A stretch of DNA of 59,193 nucleotides from NCBI GenBank assembly GCA_040007635.1, contig JBDTUR010000002.1, positions 1 through 59,193 of the forward strand, in the 5' to 3' direction. Shown in pieces: positions 26,142 through 35,651 of this stretch. Within the stretch, counting starts at the first letter, position 1. Every line of letters starts with the position of its first letter. Under the pieces are notes generated by a model, which saw only the letters and a list, made by a program, of their open reading frames with translations, did no database searches and was not told where the DNA came from. A program made the translations under genes and the position numbers. The stretch is from Chloroflexota bacterium. Lineage in GTDB: Bacteria; Chloroflexota; Limnocylindria; Limnocylindrales; CSP1-4.

Positions 26142-29100
26142 CAGTTCGTATCCGGCCACAGATACACGAGCCCGATGGGTTCGATGCGAGTGGCCCGCAC
26201 TTCGTATGACTTACGGATGCGTACAGGCTCGCTCTCGAGCTCGCGGTCGAACTGATCGAGTCGTCGATGCCAGGACCGGATGTCCGATTCGAGCTGGCGC
26301 GTCTCCTCGTCCGAGAAGCGAAGGACGAGCTGCTGAGTCTGACCGTCGTGCCTCGCGAGCTCCTCGCGGACGCGGTCGCGCTGCCGCTCTAAGGTCTCAC
26401 GCAGGTCTTTCTCCTCCCGCTCGCCCCGCTTCCGGAGTTTGTCGATCGCCAGGGCAGCAAGCTCCTCGGCGCGCGGCTCGAGTTGCGGCAACAGATCAAC
26501 GATGTCACGGGGTGCGGACGCAAGGAGCCGTCGCTGTACCGGTTCCCCAGGCATATGGCGCTCCGCATCGGACAGTGAGCGTGCCAGAAGGTCGAGTGTC
26601 CTTACCTCTGCATCCCGCGCATACGCTTGGAGCGGACCCGTGCGTTGGGATGGCTCGAGCCAACGAGCCGCGAGCGGCACGAGCTCTTCATGGAGCCGTT
26701 CTGCTCCGCGTCCGTAGAGCGAGAGTCGCCCTAGGAGGAGCACGCGGGGGATCGAATCGGCAGCTTGAGCCAGGCATGCCCGCGACAGGTCGTGATAGAT
26801 GAAGCCCTGAGAGCGGAATCGGGCTAGCAATCGTTGCGCCACCCGCTGCTCGAGGTGCAGGTGGACGGTGTCTTCGGTGAGGACGCCAGCATCTTCGAAG
26901 ACGACCGGCCGGATGGGTGCCTCGCGGCGCCACTCCGCCACCTTCTGGTCCTGCTTCCGCGGCTCTCGCAGCGTATCGAGGGTCGTGGCCCAACTCGCAT
27001 CCGACTGCCCTCGCCGGTCGAGCTGCGGAAAGGTCCAGACCCGCCGACCGTCATCGTCGGTGCTCTCCGTTAGGGGCGGTGCACCCAATAGCTCCAGGGA
27101 GCAGGAGAGAGCATCCCGAAACGGTGCCGGCTCGAAACCGACCCAAGCGCGCGAAGCCTCGAGCAGGGTCTGACAGCGCTCGATTTGTGCCTGTAGGTCC
27201 TCCCTGCGCTCCCGGGCGCCGCCTAGCTCCTCCTCGGTGACACGTTTCGTCTCGGCGTCGAGATCCGCCTTCTCGATCTGGCGTGCCAGCTGCGCGGCGT
27301 CACGGTGGCGGATGCCCTGGCCCAGTCGGCGTTCGATGTCGTCGTCGATGACCTTTGAGAGACTCCCCAGCTCCCGCTTGATCGTTTCGGTCTTCTTGAC
27401 GAGCACTTCGAGCACGCGGTCCTCAATGCGCTGTGGGAGCACGAAGTAGTGGCAGCGGACTTCGTCGGCCGGCTGGAGCTTTCGGTCGATGCGGCCGTTG
27501 CGTTGCTCGATGCGTCCCGGGTTCCAGGGCAGGTCAAAGTGGAAGAGATCGGTGCAGTGCGCCTGAAAGTTGAGGCCCTCGCGTGCAGCGTCCGTGGCAA
27601 GCAGGATGCGCAAGGGTTCCTTGGCTGGATCGGTGTTGAATCGGCGCTGGATCTCCTTCCGTCGCTCGCCGGTCGTCAGGCCGTCGATGACCTCAATGCG
27701 CTCGTCGGCGAGGTCGGTGCCCTCGATGGCCTGCTCGAGGATTGTCTTGAGGAAGCGCTTGGTGCCTTCGCGGTTCTCCGTGAAGATGAGGACGCGGCGG
27801 TCGTTCCACTCCGGGGTCAGGCCCATGGGCTGCTTGCCGAACGGCGGCAAGTTTGCGCACAAGTTGTCGCGTATCCAGTCGATGAGTCGCCGTGCTTTGG
27901 CGTCAGGCAGGTACCGGGATCGCTCCGCAATCTCGCGCATCTGATCAAGCAACGCCAGCTCACGGCGCCACATCGCCGCCGCGGCAGCATCGCGTGGCGA
28001 CGACGCTTCCGCGGTCGCGGTAACGGCGTCCATCTGGGCCGCCTCGTCGGCTTCCAGCTCGTCGGCGGACCATTCGCTGCGCTCGTCATCCGCGTCGGGT
28101 GTCGTGATGAGCAGTTGCATGTCCGTGTCGACCGCAGCTGCATTCTCGGCTGCGGCCGCTCGGCCTCTCTCCCATTGCCGTTCGACGGTCGCGCGATGAA
28201 CCTTGAGGCTGCGAGCGAACGCCTCGATCGAAGACAGGAGGCGCTGCTGTAACCCGACTACGAGGAGCCCCGACGCCGACTGTGCTCGACGTGAAGTGCT
28301 CGCGAAGCGCTCCTCCCTGGCGGTCCGGTACTCGTCGAGGAGGCGAGACAGCACTAGCTCAGGAGCTCCGGCGGGCAAGCCATCGATGACCACGCGGTCG
28401 ACGACCCGGCGAGGAAAGCCGCCCTGGACCTCGCGGATGTCCTCCTTGAGACGACGGACCATCACCTCGTCAAGAGCCTTCTTGCCACGTACCTTGACGC
28501 CGCGCGTGAAGCGATAGGGGTCGAGCAACTCGAGGAGCGTGGAAAAGCTATTCGAGTGGCCGTTGTGCGGGGTGGCCGATAGGAAGAGGCGGTGCTCGAA
28601 CCGTCCACTCAGGTCACGCACGGCGCGCGTGAACTTGGTCTCGATGCCGTACTTGCCACCACTCGACGGCGCCGCATGGTGCGCTTCGTCGAGGATCAGA
28701 AGGCTCCCCGCCAGCATCTCGCCGAGCCACTCACGCAGCGGGTCCGTGTATGTCGTGTCGATGAGCAAGTTGTGCGAGACGAGGAAACGGCTATGCGTGC
28801 GCCAGGGGTTCACACCGAAGCCACGCTCCCGGCGCATGCGCGTTAGATATGCTCGGTCCAGGATCTCGAAGATGAGCCCGAAACGTTCCTCGAGTTCCGC
28901 CTTCCATTGCTCCAAGACCGAAGGTGGTGCCGCCACGACGATGGTCTTTACCTTCTTGCGGAGCAGCAGCTCGCGCGCGATGAGGCCCGCCTCAATGGTT
29001 TTGCCGAGCCCAGTGTCGTCAGCGATAAAGAGGTTGACGCGCGGCAAGCGGAGCGCTTTGCGGAGCGGCTCCATCTGGTAGGCGTCGATCTTGATGCCGG

Positions 29101-29437
29101 CGCGGAAAGGCGCCTGAAACAAGTTCGGATCCGTGGCCGTAACGCAGTTCCAGCGTAGCGTGTGCAGGAACGCGGCGAACTGGCGCGGAGCATCGAAGCC
29201 CTTCGTGGCCAGGTCCTGCCAGCCCTCCTCCTCAAGGATGCGGCGGTCTAGCTCATAGTCCCAGTAGACATCGAGTGTCTGGCCCTGGTTGTCGTCGTCA
29301 GCACAGGCCAGCCGCACCAATCGCGATTCGCCGGCTATCGCCGGCTCAACCACTTCCTCAACGAGCCATCGCCGCGAGCGCACCTGTACGAGCTCGCCCA
29401 CCGCGGGCGGGCGCGAGGCCAGAATCTGTTGCGCCAT
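26141..29437 (-). CDS. drmD: DISARM DrmD, SNF2-family helicase
   Basis: Motifs: LFIADDTGLGKTIEAG, LLILDEAHHAAPS, RLFLSATPHNG, LLATDAAREGLNFQ, WNPGRIEQRNGRIDR. I chose the start ATG at 29437 (MAQQILASRPP). The track start at 29530 adds an Arg-rich extension that I doubt. Confidence 0.88.
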   Translation of the reverse strand: MAQQILASRPPAVGELVQVRSRRWLVEEVVEPAIAGESRLVRLACADDDNQGQTLDVYWDYELDRRILEEEGWQDLATKGFDAPRQFAAFLHTLRWNCVTATDPNLFQAPFRAGIKIDAYQMEPLRKALRLPRVNLFIADDTGLGKTIEAGLIARELLLRKKVKTIVVAAPPSVLEQWKAELEERFGLIFEILDRAYLTRMRRERGFGVNPWRTHSRFLVSHNLLIDTTYTDPLREWLGEMLAGSLLILDEAHHAAPSSGGKYGIETKFTRAVRDLSGRFEHRLFLSATPHNGHSNSFSTLLELLDPYRFTRGVKVRGKKALDEVMVRRLKEDIREVQGGFPRRVVDRVVIDGLPAGAPELVLSRLLDEYRTAREERFASTSRRAQSASGLLVVGLQQRLLSSIEAFARSLKVHRATVERQWERGRAAAAENAAAVDTDMQLLITTPDADDERSEWSADELEADEAAQMDAVTATAEASSPRDAAAAAMWRRELALLDQMREIAERSRYLPDAKARRLIDWIRDNLCANLPPFGKQPMGLTPEWNDRRVLIFTENREGTKRFLKTILEQAIEGTDLADERIEVIDGLTTGERRKEIQRRFNTDPAKEPLRILLATDAAREGLNFQAHCTDLFHFDLPWNPGRIEQRNGRIDRKLQPADEVRCHYFVLPQRIEDRVLEVLVKKTETIKRELGSLSKVIDDDIERRLGQGIRHRDAAQLARQIEKADLDAETKRVTEEELGGARERREDLQAQIERCQTLLEASRAWVGFEPAPFRDALSCSLELLGAPPLTESTDDDGRRVWTFPQLDRRGQSDASWATTLDTLREPRKQDQKVAEWRREAPIRPVVFEDAGVLTEDTVHLHLEQRVAQRLLARFRSQGFIYHDLSRACLAQAADSIPRVLLLGRLSLYGRGAERLHEELVPLAARWLEPSQRTGPLQAYARDAEVRTLDLLARSLSDAERHMPGEPVQRRLLASAPRDIVDLLPQLEPRAEELAALAIDKLRKRGEREEKDLRETLERQRDRVREELARHDGQTQQLVLRFSDEETRQLESDIRSWHRRLDQFDRELESEPVRIRKSYEVRATRIEPIGLVYLWPDTN

Positions 29438-29632
29438 CTCGCCCGTCAACGCGGAACGACCTGCACGTCGTCGCATCCGATGGTGTCGAAGCGCAGCGTC
29501 GCCTCGGGTTGCCAGGGTTTCGCCACGCACACAACGCTATCGGTAGGGCAGTTCGTCCCCATCACTTGCCCAAAACCACCCTCGCTATTTTGGATTCCTT
29601 GACGTGGGCCTCGAAGCGCAGCGAAAGCTGAA

Positions 29633-32600
29633 CTAGTCCGCTCGGACTGGGCACATTCTCGCGTAGTCGCACCACCGGCATACGTCCCCTGGAGACGCTG
29701 CGAAGTCGCCCGTTCGCATGCGCGCTAATCGCGCCAGAATGTCGGCGCGGGCGAGGTCAAGCTGCTCGTCAGTTCGGGTCGTGGATATCCGCAACGCCGA
29801 CTCGGTGAAGTAGAGGGTCACCTTCTGCGGCGTGCCCAGGTCGAGGGCGTCGCGGCAGGCGAGCGCGTAGATCGACAACTGGAGGCTCTCGTCGACGCCC
29901 TTCTGCGTTGACGCTCGACCAGTCTTGTAGTCGATGACCTCAATGCCACCCGAAGGCAGCCTATCGATCCGATCGATTTGCCCAGTGACGATCACCGCCG
30001 GAGATCCATCTTCGGGCTCAAGTGTCAGCTGGAAATCAAGCTCTTCGTGCAGCGCCTCACTCAGACTGCTGACCTCGCCCTGCCAGAAGTTGTCCAGCAG
30101 GGAGGCGACCCTTCGCTGGTACCCCTCCTCTGTGGTCTTGTCGCCGAACGCCACCGGCACCCAGCGTGATCGGAACTCGTGCTCGAGGTCCTCGCGCGAA
30201 GGCGGCGGGTCACCGCGCGCAGCGCGTTCGCGACGCTCTCTGGTGAAGGTTTCGAAGGCCTCATGCGCCGTCGAGCCGAACGTGAACGCCGGCGCCGGAT
30301 CGTCTGGCCTGGGCATGCGGTACACATAGTTGAACGCGTACTGCAGCCCACACTTGTCGTAAGCGCTCAGCGACGTGTAGCTGTGCGTCCGCGGCAACGG
30401 GGCCACCCTGAGCAGGTTCGCGCCCGCGCCCGAGTCGAGCCCGATCGTGCGAAGGGTCAACGGATCAAGCCCCTGCGCCCGCGCGGCATCGGCGGTGGTC
30501 GCGGCTGTGCGAATGAGGATGCCCAACTCCGCCGCCAGATCATCACGGGCTCCAGCCATCTCTGGATCGTCCTTGTTCGTCGCCTCTATCAGCCCGACGA
30601 TCTCGCTTGCGCGTAGCCGGAGGGCCAGCCGTCTCTCGCGGGCTGTGGGCAGCGGCATCACGCGCCTGACGGCGGCAATCTGGCGCTCGATGTCTATCTC
30701 GGCGTCCTCGTCCTCGTCGGGCCCATCCGGATGCTCGATCCCCGCGTCCTGCACTATTTCGGTCGCTGTCCGGTCGATCCGAACAAGCTCAACGCCAGCG
30801 CCATCGAGGATCTCGCCGACGAAGCGAGACGCTTGCTTGACGGCGGCCTGTCCGCCGTGCGTGGTGAGGATGAGGCGCTCCTGCGCACGTGTCAGGGCCA
30901 CGTACAGCAGTCGGCGTTCCTCGTCTGTGTGTATGTCCCCGGCCGGTACGGCCCCGCGCAGCAGCTCGCGCGGGAAAAGGCCGCCGCCCTGCTCCTTCAC
31001 GGGCCATTCCCCGTCAAGCAGACTCGGGACGATGACGATCGGAAACTCGAGCCCCTTCGCCTGGTAGAGCGTCATCAAGCGCACGCCATCTACGTCCTCA
31101 GACAGCTCAACACTCGTCGGGAGTTCGCCACCGGCGGCCTGATACGCGTCGAGGTAGGCCACAAAGCCGCCAAGTGTTCCGTTGGGGTTGGCCTGTTGCC
31201 AATCGGCGGCGAAACGCATGAAGCTGGCGACGTTCGTGACGGTGCGCTTGGACTCGAGCGTGTCGGCGGCGATCAGGTCCAGCACCTGGCTGGTCCGCTC
31301 CAGGTAACGCTCGAGGATCGTGTGCGGACCTTCGCGAAACGTCAGCGGATTCAGCTCATCCAGGGCATTTGTGAGCTGGCGTAGCTTGGCCCGAGTTCCG
31401 TCTGGAACCGGGACGACGGCGGCATCTGCGCGTGCGGTCGCAGGCGCCTCCGTCGAGCTGCCCCCGACTTGATCCACCTCCAGTTGACCTGAGGCCACGA
31501 TCCGCTTGGCGGTGTCTAAGAGGTGCGCCCTGTCGAACCTGGCCATCCGACTGACACGCAGGATCTCGAGGGCGTCCAGCCGCCACGGCCCGGCGGTCAT
31601 CGTCCGCACCAACGCAACATCGTCGTGCGGGTCTGCGATTGCCCGCAGCGCCTGCTCGAGGTCACGGATCTCGGGTGTGTCGAATAGGCTCAGCCCGCCG
31701 ACGACGGTGTACGGAATGTCCTCGTCGCGCAGCCGCGCCACGATCGACTCGCGGTGCTTGTGCTTGCGGTACAGGACCGCGACATCCGTCCACTTACGAT
31801 CACTGCCGTGGCCGACGAATGATTTGATCGCGTCCACGATCGCAACTGCCTCGTCCTCCGGTCCGGCGCAGACCAGGAGTTCGATCGGATCCCCGTCGCT
31901 CTTATCGGTGACGAGGCGCTTGTCCGGGTCGAAGCGCGTCTCGTTCCGCTGGATCAGCCGATTGGCGACCGCGAGAACGTGACCCACAGAGCGAAAGTTC
32001 TGCTCGATCCGAAGTCGTGCCGGTGGGCCTGGTGGACTGGCATCTGGAGAGTGTGTAGGCGGCCGCGAGAATCTGGTGTCGAACTCGGCGAAGGCAGCGA
32101 AGCTCGCGCCACGAAAGCGGTAGATCGACTGGTCGTCGTCACCGACGACCATGACGTTGTCTGGCCGGTCCGGCGTTCTGCCGAGCAATTCGATCAGCTC
32201 GATCTGGGCGATGTTGGCGTCCTGGAACTCGTCGACCAGGATGTAGCGGAACTGCCGTTGCCAGCGGCGAAGAACGTTGGTTCGGGTCTTGAACAGCTTG
32301 GTCACCGCGGCGATCTGTTCACCGAAGTCGAGAGCGCCACGGCGGGCGAGCTCGTCCTCGTAGGCTCGGTACACGGTCGCCAACTCGGTCAGCCGGAGGA
32401 CCTCCAGGGCGGCGCCGTCGACAACGTAGCTGGCGGCCAAAGCATCGATGCGTGGCCGATCCTCCTCCGAGAACGAGTTCCGACCCTGGGCTCTACCAGT
32501 GCCGGCGATGGTGCGACGAGCTTCGCGATCGGCCGTTTTGTTGGCAGCCTCAGGGTCGTACGTGGGCTCCTCGCCGCGAGCCTCAGCCCGCTCGTTCGTG

Positions 32601-33265
32601 CGGATCCACGCATGGGCACTGCGAACGTCGCGTATGGGTTTGAGGTTGCCCTGGATATCGAGGCGAGCCGCCGCCGCCTCGAAGCTTTCGTATCTGTCTT
32701 CGAAGACCCTGCGCTCCTCGGCGACGAATGCGTCGAATTCGTCGGGGTGAACCAGCTCATCCTTCGCCCGGTTGATTAACTGGACGAAGCCGCCGAGCCA
32801 CCAGTCCGAGTGGTAGACCAGGTGCAGGCTTGGGCGGATGTCCTTGAGAAGCAGCACCTGTGCGACGCCGTCGAGAACGTCTGGTCGCGGCGGCAGGCCT
32901 GCGTCGGCAGCGTTCTCGGTCAGGATCCGCTGGCAGAAGCTGTGGAAGTTGCTGACCGCGATTCGGGCACGCGTCTGTGGGCCCACCGCCTTATCCAGCT
33001 CGTCTTGGAGCTTGCGCGCCGCTTTGACGTTGTAGGTCAGGACGAGCACGTTCTCGGGGAGCAGGTCCGCTTGGTGTTCGAGCAGGTACTTGACCCGCTC
33101 GACGATGACCCGCGTCTTGCCAGTGCCGGCTCCAGCGATCACCACGACAGGGCCGTCACCCCATTCGACAATGCGCCGCTGATCGGGGGTGAGCTGGTCA
33201 GCGATTTTGTTCACTGGCCGAATCAGTGACGTTTGAGCCAGTCCACTTCTTCGTTTCTGCCTCAA
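29633..33265 (-). CDS. UvrD-like SF1 helicase fused to a C-terminal Cas4/AddB-type PD-(D/E)XK nuclease with a putative Fe-S cluster
   Basis: Helicase motifs: VIAGAGTGKT, ILVDEFQDAN, VVGDDDQSIYRFRGA, QNFRS, TLYQAKGLEFPIVIV, LLYVALTRAQ. Nuclease motifs: GQIDRIDRL...IEVIDYKTG, LQLSIYALA. Cysteine pattern: DKCG...CRWCDYARMC. The TTG start overlaps the upstream stop (TTGA). Confidence 0.85.
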   Translation of the reverse strand: MRQKRRSGLAQTSLIRPVNKIADQLTPDQRRIVEWGDGPVVVIAGAGTGKTRVIVERVKYLLEHQADLLPENVLVLTYNVKAARKLQDELDKAVGPQTRARIAVSNFHSFCQRILTENAADAGLPPRPDVLDGVAQVLLLKDIRPSLHLVYHSDWWLGGFVQLINRAKDELVHPDEFDAFVAEERRVFEDRYESFEAAAARLDIQGNLKPIRDVRSAHAWIRTNERAEARGEEPTYDPEAANKTADREARRTIAGTGRAQGRNSFSEEDRPRIDALAASYVVDGAALEVLRLTELATVYRAYEDELARRGALDFGEQIAAVTKLFKTRTNVLRRWQRQFRYILVDEFQDANIAQIELIELLGRTPDRPDNVMVVGDDDQSIYRFRGASFAAFAEFDTRFSRPPTHSPDASPPGPPARLRIEQNFRSVGHVLAVANRLIQRNETRFDPDKRLVTDKSDGDPIELLVCAGPEDEAVAIVDAIKSFVGHGSDRKWTDVAVLYRKHKHRESIVARLRDEDIPYTVVGGLSLFDTPEIRDLEQALRAIADPHDDVALVRTMTAGPWRLDALEILRVSRMARFDRAHLLDTAKRIVASGQLEVDQVGGSSTEAPATARADAAVVPVPDGTRAKLRQLTNALDELNPLTFREGPHTILERYLERTSQVLDLIAADTLESKRTVTNVASFMRFAADWQQANPNGTLGGFVAYLDAYQAAGGELPTSVELSEDVDGVRLMTLYQAKGLEFPIVIVPSLLDGEWPVKEQGGGLFPRELLRGAVPAGDIHTDEERRLLYVALTRAQERLILTTHGGQAAVKQASRFVGEILDGAGVELVRIDRTATEIVQDAGIEHPDGPDEDEDAEIDIERQIAAVRRVMPLPTARERRLALRLRASEIVGLIEATNKDDPEMAGARDDLAAELGILIRTAATTADAARAQGLDPLTLRTIGLDSGAGANLLRVAPLPRTHSYTSLSAYDKCGLQYAFNYVYRMPRPDDPAPAFTFGSTAHEAFETFTRERRERAARGDPPPSREDLEHEFRSRWVPVAFGDKTTEEGYQRRVASLLDNFWQGEVSSLSEALHEELDFQLTLEPEDGSPAVIVTGQIDRIDRLPSGGIEVIDYKTGRASTQKGVDESLQLSIYALACRDALDLGTPQKVTLYFTESALRISTTRTDEQLDLARADILARLARMRTGDFAASPGDVCRWCDYARMCPVRAD

Positions 33266-34578
33266 TACCAGATCGCGATTGGGCGGCCCCGCTCATCCTT
33301 GCCCGGCTTGTCCGGTAGCGTCTGCCCCATATCGCTTGCGAGCCGGCGGGCCGACCATGCGGCGGCGGCCGCGTCGAGGACGTCGTCGGGTGCCACGCCT
33401 CGCCAACCAAAGGCATCGCCTGGAAGCCAAACGCCGTTTCGCATGAGAAGTTTGTGTCGCTCGGCGAATCCGGCTGGAGTCTTCTTGGCATGGTGCAAGT
33501 CCGCCCCTCCGTTCATGGCCTTAAACGACACCTCGGGATGAACCTCGCGAACCCGATCGTCCGGCTTCACCAGCGCGTCAGCCTCAAGGATTTTCCTCCG
33601 CAACGCAAACGCTTGAGCCGATATCAACGGCAGGCCGTGCGCCTTGAGCCAAGCCAACGCCGCCTCATACGAAGGTGCCTCAAGCGCCGGCCGTAGCGGG
33701 GTCATGAAGACGCGTGCGGCGTTTCGACCGAGGAACGCCTTGGCCGCAAGGTCGGCTGCTCGTCTGGCCTCAGGCTCCAGCCCAATCGGGATGTCGACGG
33801 CGACGATCTCGGCGTCCGGAAACCTCGCCAATACCGTTGCGAGATGGCGGTTCGCCTCCACACGAATCCAGCAGTCATCGTGCAGCGCGACAGCGACCCA
33901 GCCCGCGGGCGCACCGTCAACGCCGACCACAGGCCGGCGCTCCGGCACGCGTCCAATCAATTGCTCCATCTCGCGGATGGTTTCGGCCAGTTCCCGGTGG
34001 AGCGCGAACGATCCCCGCTGACGGAACGCGCGCACCAGGCCGCGGTAGTACCACAGCAAGTCGATCGGGCCGGCGTTGAAGCGCGTCAGCATCGCAGGCC
34101 CATGAGTCTTCAGGTCGGCGACGATCTCCCGAGAGTTGTGGAGCTTGTCGGCAAGGGCCACCCGAAGGATCGACTCGTCGGTTTCGGCCGCGATGTGAGC
34201 GATCGCCGCGCCCTTGCGCTCGCACCAGTCCGGCTTGTCGTCCGGCCCTTGGCCGGGCTCCTGGATCCACTCGCTACAGCCAGCGACGATCTGCGCAACG
34301 CGCCATCCGAAACGATGCTCGACGTCGTCCAGTCGCCGACGACCACCCTGATCCTCCACCGTGTCGTGCAGCAGGGCTGCAACGGCCTCGGTCTCGGTAC
34401 CGCCGTCGCGGAGGACAAGTTCGGCAACCGCGACCGGATGGGTGATGTAGGGCGTGTCGGTGCCCTTGCGAACCTGCGCCGCATGGGCGATCGTCGCGTA
34501 CTCGAGCGCTGCCCGATATGCAGGCCCAAGCGCGCCGGTTGCGTCTGACAAGTACCCCTCCTGTTGCCAGCGTAGCAA
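33262..34578 (-). CDS. Fusion protein: an N-terminal RelA/SpoT-type HD (alarmone-hydrolase-like) domain and a C-terminal DUF429 (predicted RNase-H-fold nuclease)
   Basis: HD part: YATIAHAAQVRKG, ITHPVAVAELV, ALLHDTVEDQG, LADKLHNSREI. DUF429 part: VVGVDGAPAGWVAVAL, IVAVDIPIGL, EVHPEVSF, PDDVLDAAAAAWSA. The start at 34578 is a TTG, so the exact start is uncertain. Confidence 0.8.
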   Translation of the reverse strand: MLRWQQEGYLSDATGALGPAYRAALEYATIAHAAQVRKGTDTPYITHPVAVAELVLRDGGTETEAVAALLHDTVEDQGGRRRLDDVEHRFGWRVAQIVAGCSEWIQEPGQGPDDKPDWCERKGAAIAHIAAETDESILRVALADKLHNSREIVADLKTHGPAMLTRFNAGPIDLLWYYRGLVRAFRQRGSFALHRELAETIREMEQLIGRVPERRPVVGVDGAPAGWVAVALHDDCWIRVEANRHLATVLARFPDAEIVAVDIPIGLEPEARRAADLAAKAFLGRNAARVFMTPLRPALEAPSYEAALAWLKAHGLPLISAQAFALRRKILEADALVKPDDRVREVHPEVSFKAMNGGADLHHAKKTPAGFAERHKLLMRNGVWLPGDAFGWRGVAPDDVLDAAAAAWSARRLASDMGQTLPDKPGKDERGRPIAIWY

Positions 34579-34604
34579 GACACACCCCCAAGTACCTTCC
34601 TCAA

Positions 34605-35651
34605 ATGCGATCGTCAGCTGAGGGTCAGGTGAGGGATCTAGACAACGGTCTGCTGATCATCGAGGTCAAGGGCGGTCAAATCCGCCGCGACGGAACAGGG
34701 CGTTGGTCGCCGGGCGAGCATCAGCTCAACCCTCCGCCGTTCGAGCAGGCGGAGCGGAGCAAGCACGCTCTCCGCGAGAAGCTCGCCTCCCTCCCTGACT
34801 GGCCCGGCAACCCCGACGACGTTCGCATAGGCCCTGCCGTCGCATTCCCCGATGTCAGCGTGCGGGGCGGGCCGCGGGCGATCGGTCTTGGTCCCGACGC
34901 CCCGCTCGAGCTGGTGATCGATCAGTCGGACCTGACGTCGGTGGAGGATGCGCGGCAGGCTGTCGATCGGGCGTACGACTACTGGCTGGGAGATCGCCGG
35001 CGCGGAAGCCCGCTCAGCCCACGCCATCTCGAGTCGCTCTACCTGATGCTCACCGACCCGAACGATGACGTCCTGTACGTCTTCCACGATCCGGAGCAGA
35101 CGCTTTACCGCGACGACGTCGTCGACACGCTTGGGCTGCCTGGGTACTAGCTCGACCGGAACTGTCGCAACTCGGGGCCAATCCATCGCTTTGCCGGCCG
35201 CTACGCACCAGGGCTTGCGTCGGCGGAGGTGCTGCGCCCGGAAGGACGCGGGGTCGAGGAAATCGACGCCTCTGCCGAGGGCAGGGTGGTCGAGGCGATG
35301 CGGAAAGTCCTCCACCGGCTGGTCGTCGAGGAGCGTCTGGCGCCGTGGCAGATCTGCGTACTGACCGGCGTGCCGCTGTCGCGGAGCGAGGTCTGGAGGC
35401 ATCGGCGGTTCGGCAACCAGGTGCTGTGGAACGGTTCGTACGACGACGAGGGCCACTCGTTGGGGTTGGCCGCAGACGTAGTGCCCGAACAGCCGACCGA
35501 CACGATCCTCTGCGACTCGATCCGGCGCTTCAAAGGCCTCGAACGTGAGGTGATCGTCCTGGTCGAACTCGACGAGTCAGATCGCCGGTTCACTCAACAG
35601 ATGTACGTGGGCGCCACCCGGGCGCGCCAGCACCTGGTGGTCGCGCACTAG
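34605..35651 (+). pseudogene. Degraded NERD-nuclease/UvrD-like helicase gene (in-frame TAG; N-terminus and P-loop region missing)
   Basis: ORFs 34518-35150 and 35229-35651 share one frame and are separated only by the TAG at 35148-35150. Read-through gives ...GLPGY*LDRNCRNSGPIHRFAG (helicase motif IV-like). Also present: LLIIEVKGG (NERD/PD-ExK), YVFHDPEQTLY (motif III-like), RRFKGLEREVIVLV and MYVGATRAR (motifs V/VI). No Walker A is found anywhere in the frame. Confidence 0.7.

Noticed and set aside
22144-26159. Interpreting the large NPPF methylase as BREX PglX
   Set aside because: No PglZ, BrxC, BrxL or BrxA/B-like genes are present. The methylase is embedded between an SNF2 helicase and the DrmA/DUF1998/PLD trio, which is the DISARM class 1 arrangement.
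29438-29530. Upstream extension of drmD (MRGETLATRGDAALRHHRMRRRAGRSALTGE)
   Set aside because: It is Arg-rich and low-complexity. The conserved-looking N-terminus starts at the ATG at 29437. I kept the shorter call and flagged the uncertainty.
35148-35150. In-frame TAG in the NERD-helicase frame as programmed recoding (for example pyrrolysine or read-through)
   Set aside because: The same frame also lacks its N-terminus and the whole Walker A region, so simple decay is far more likely. There is no evidence for recoding machinery in the window.
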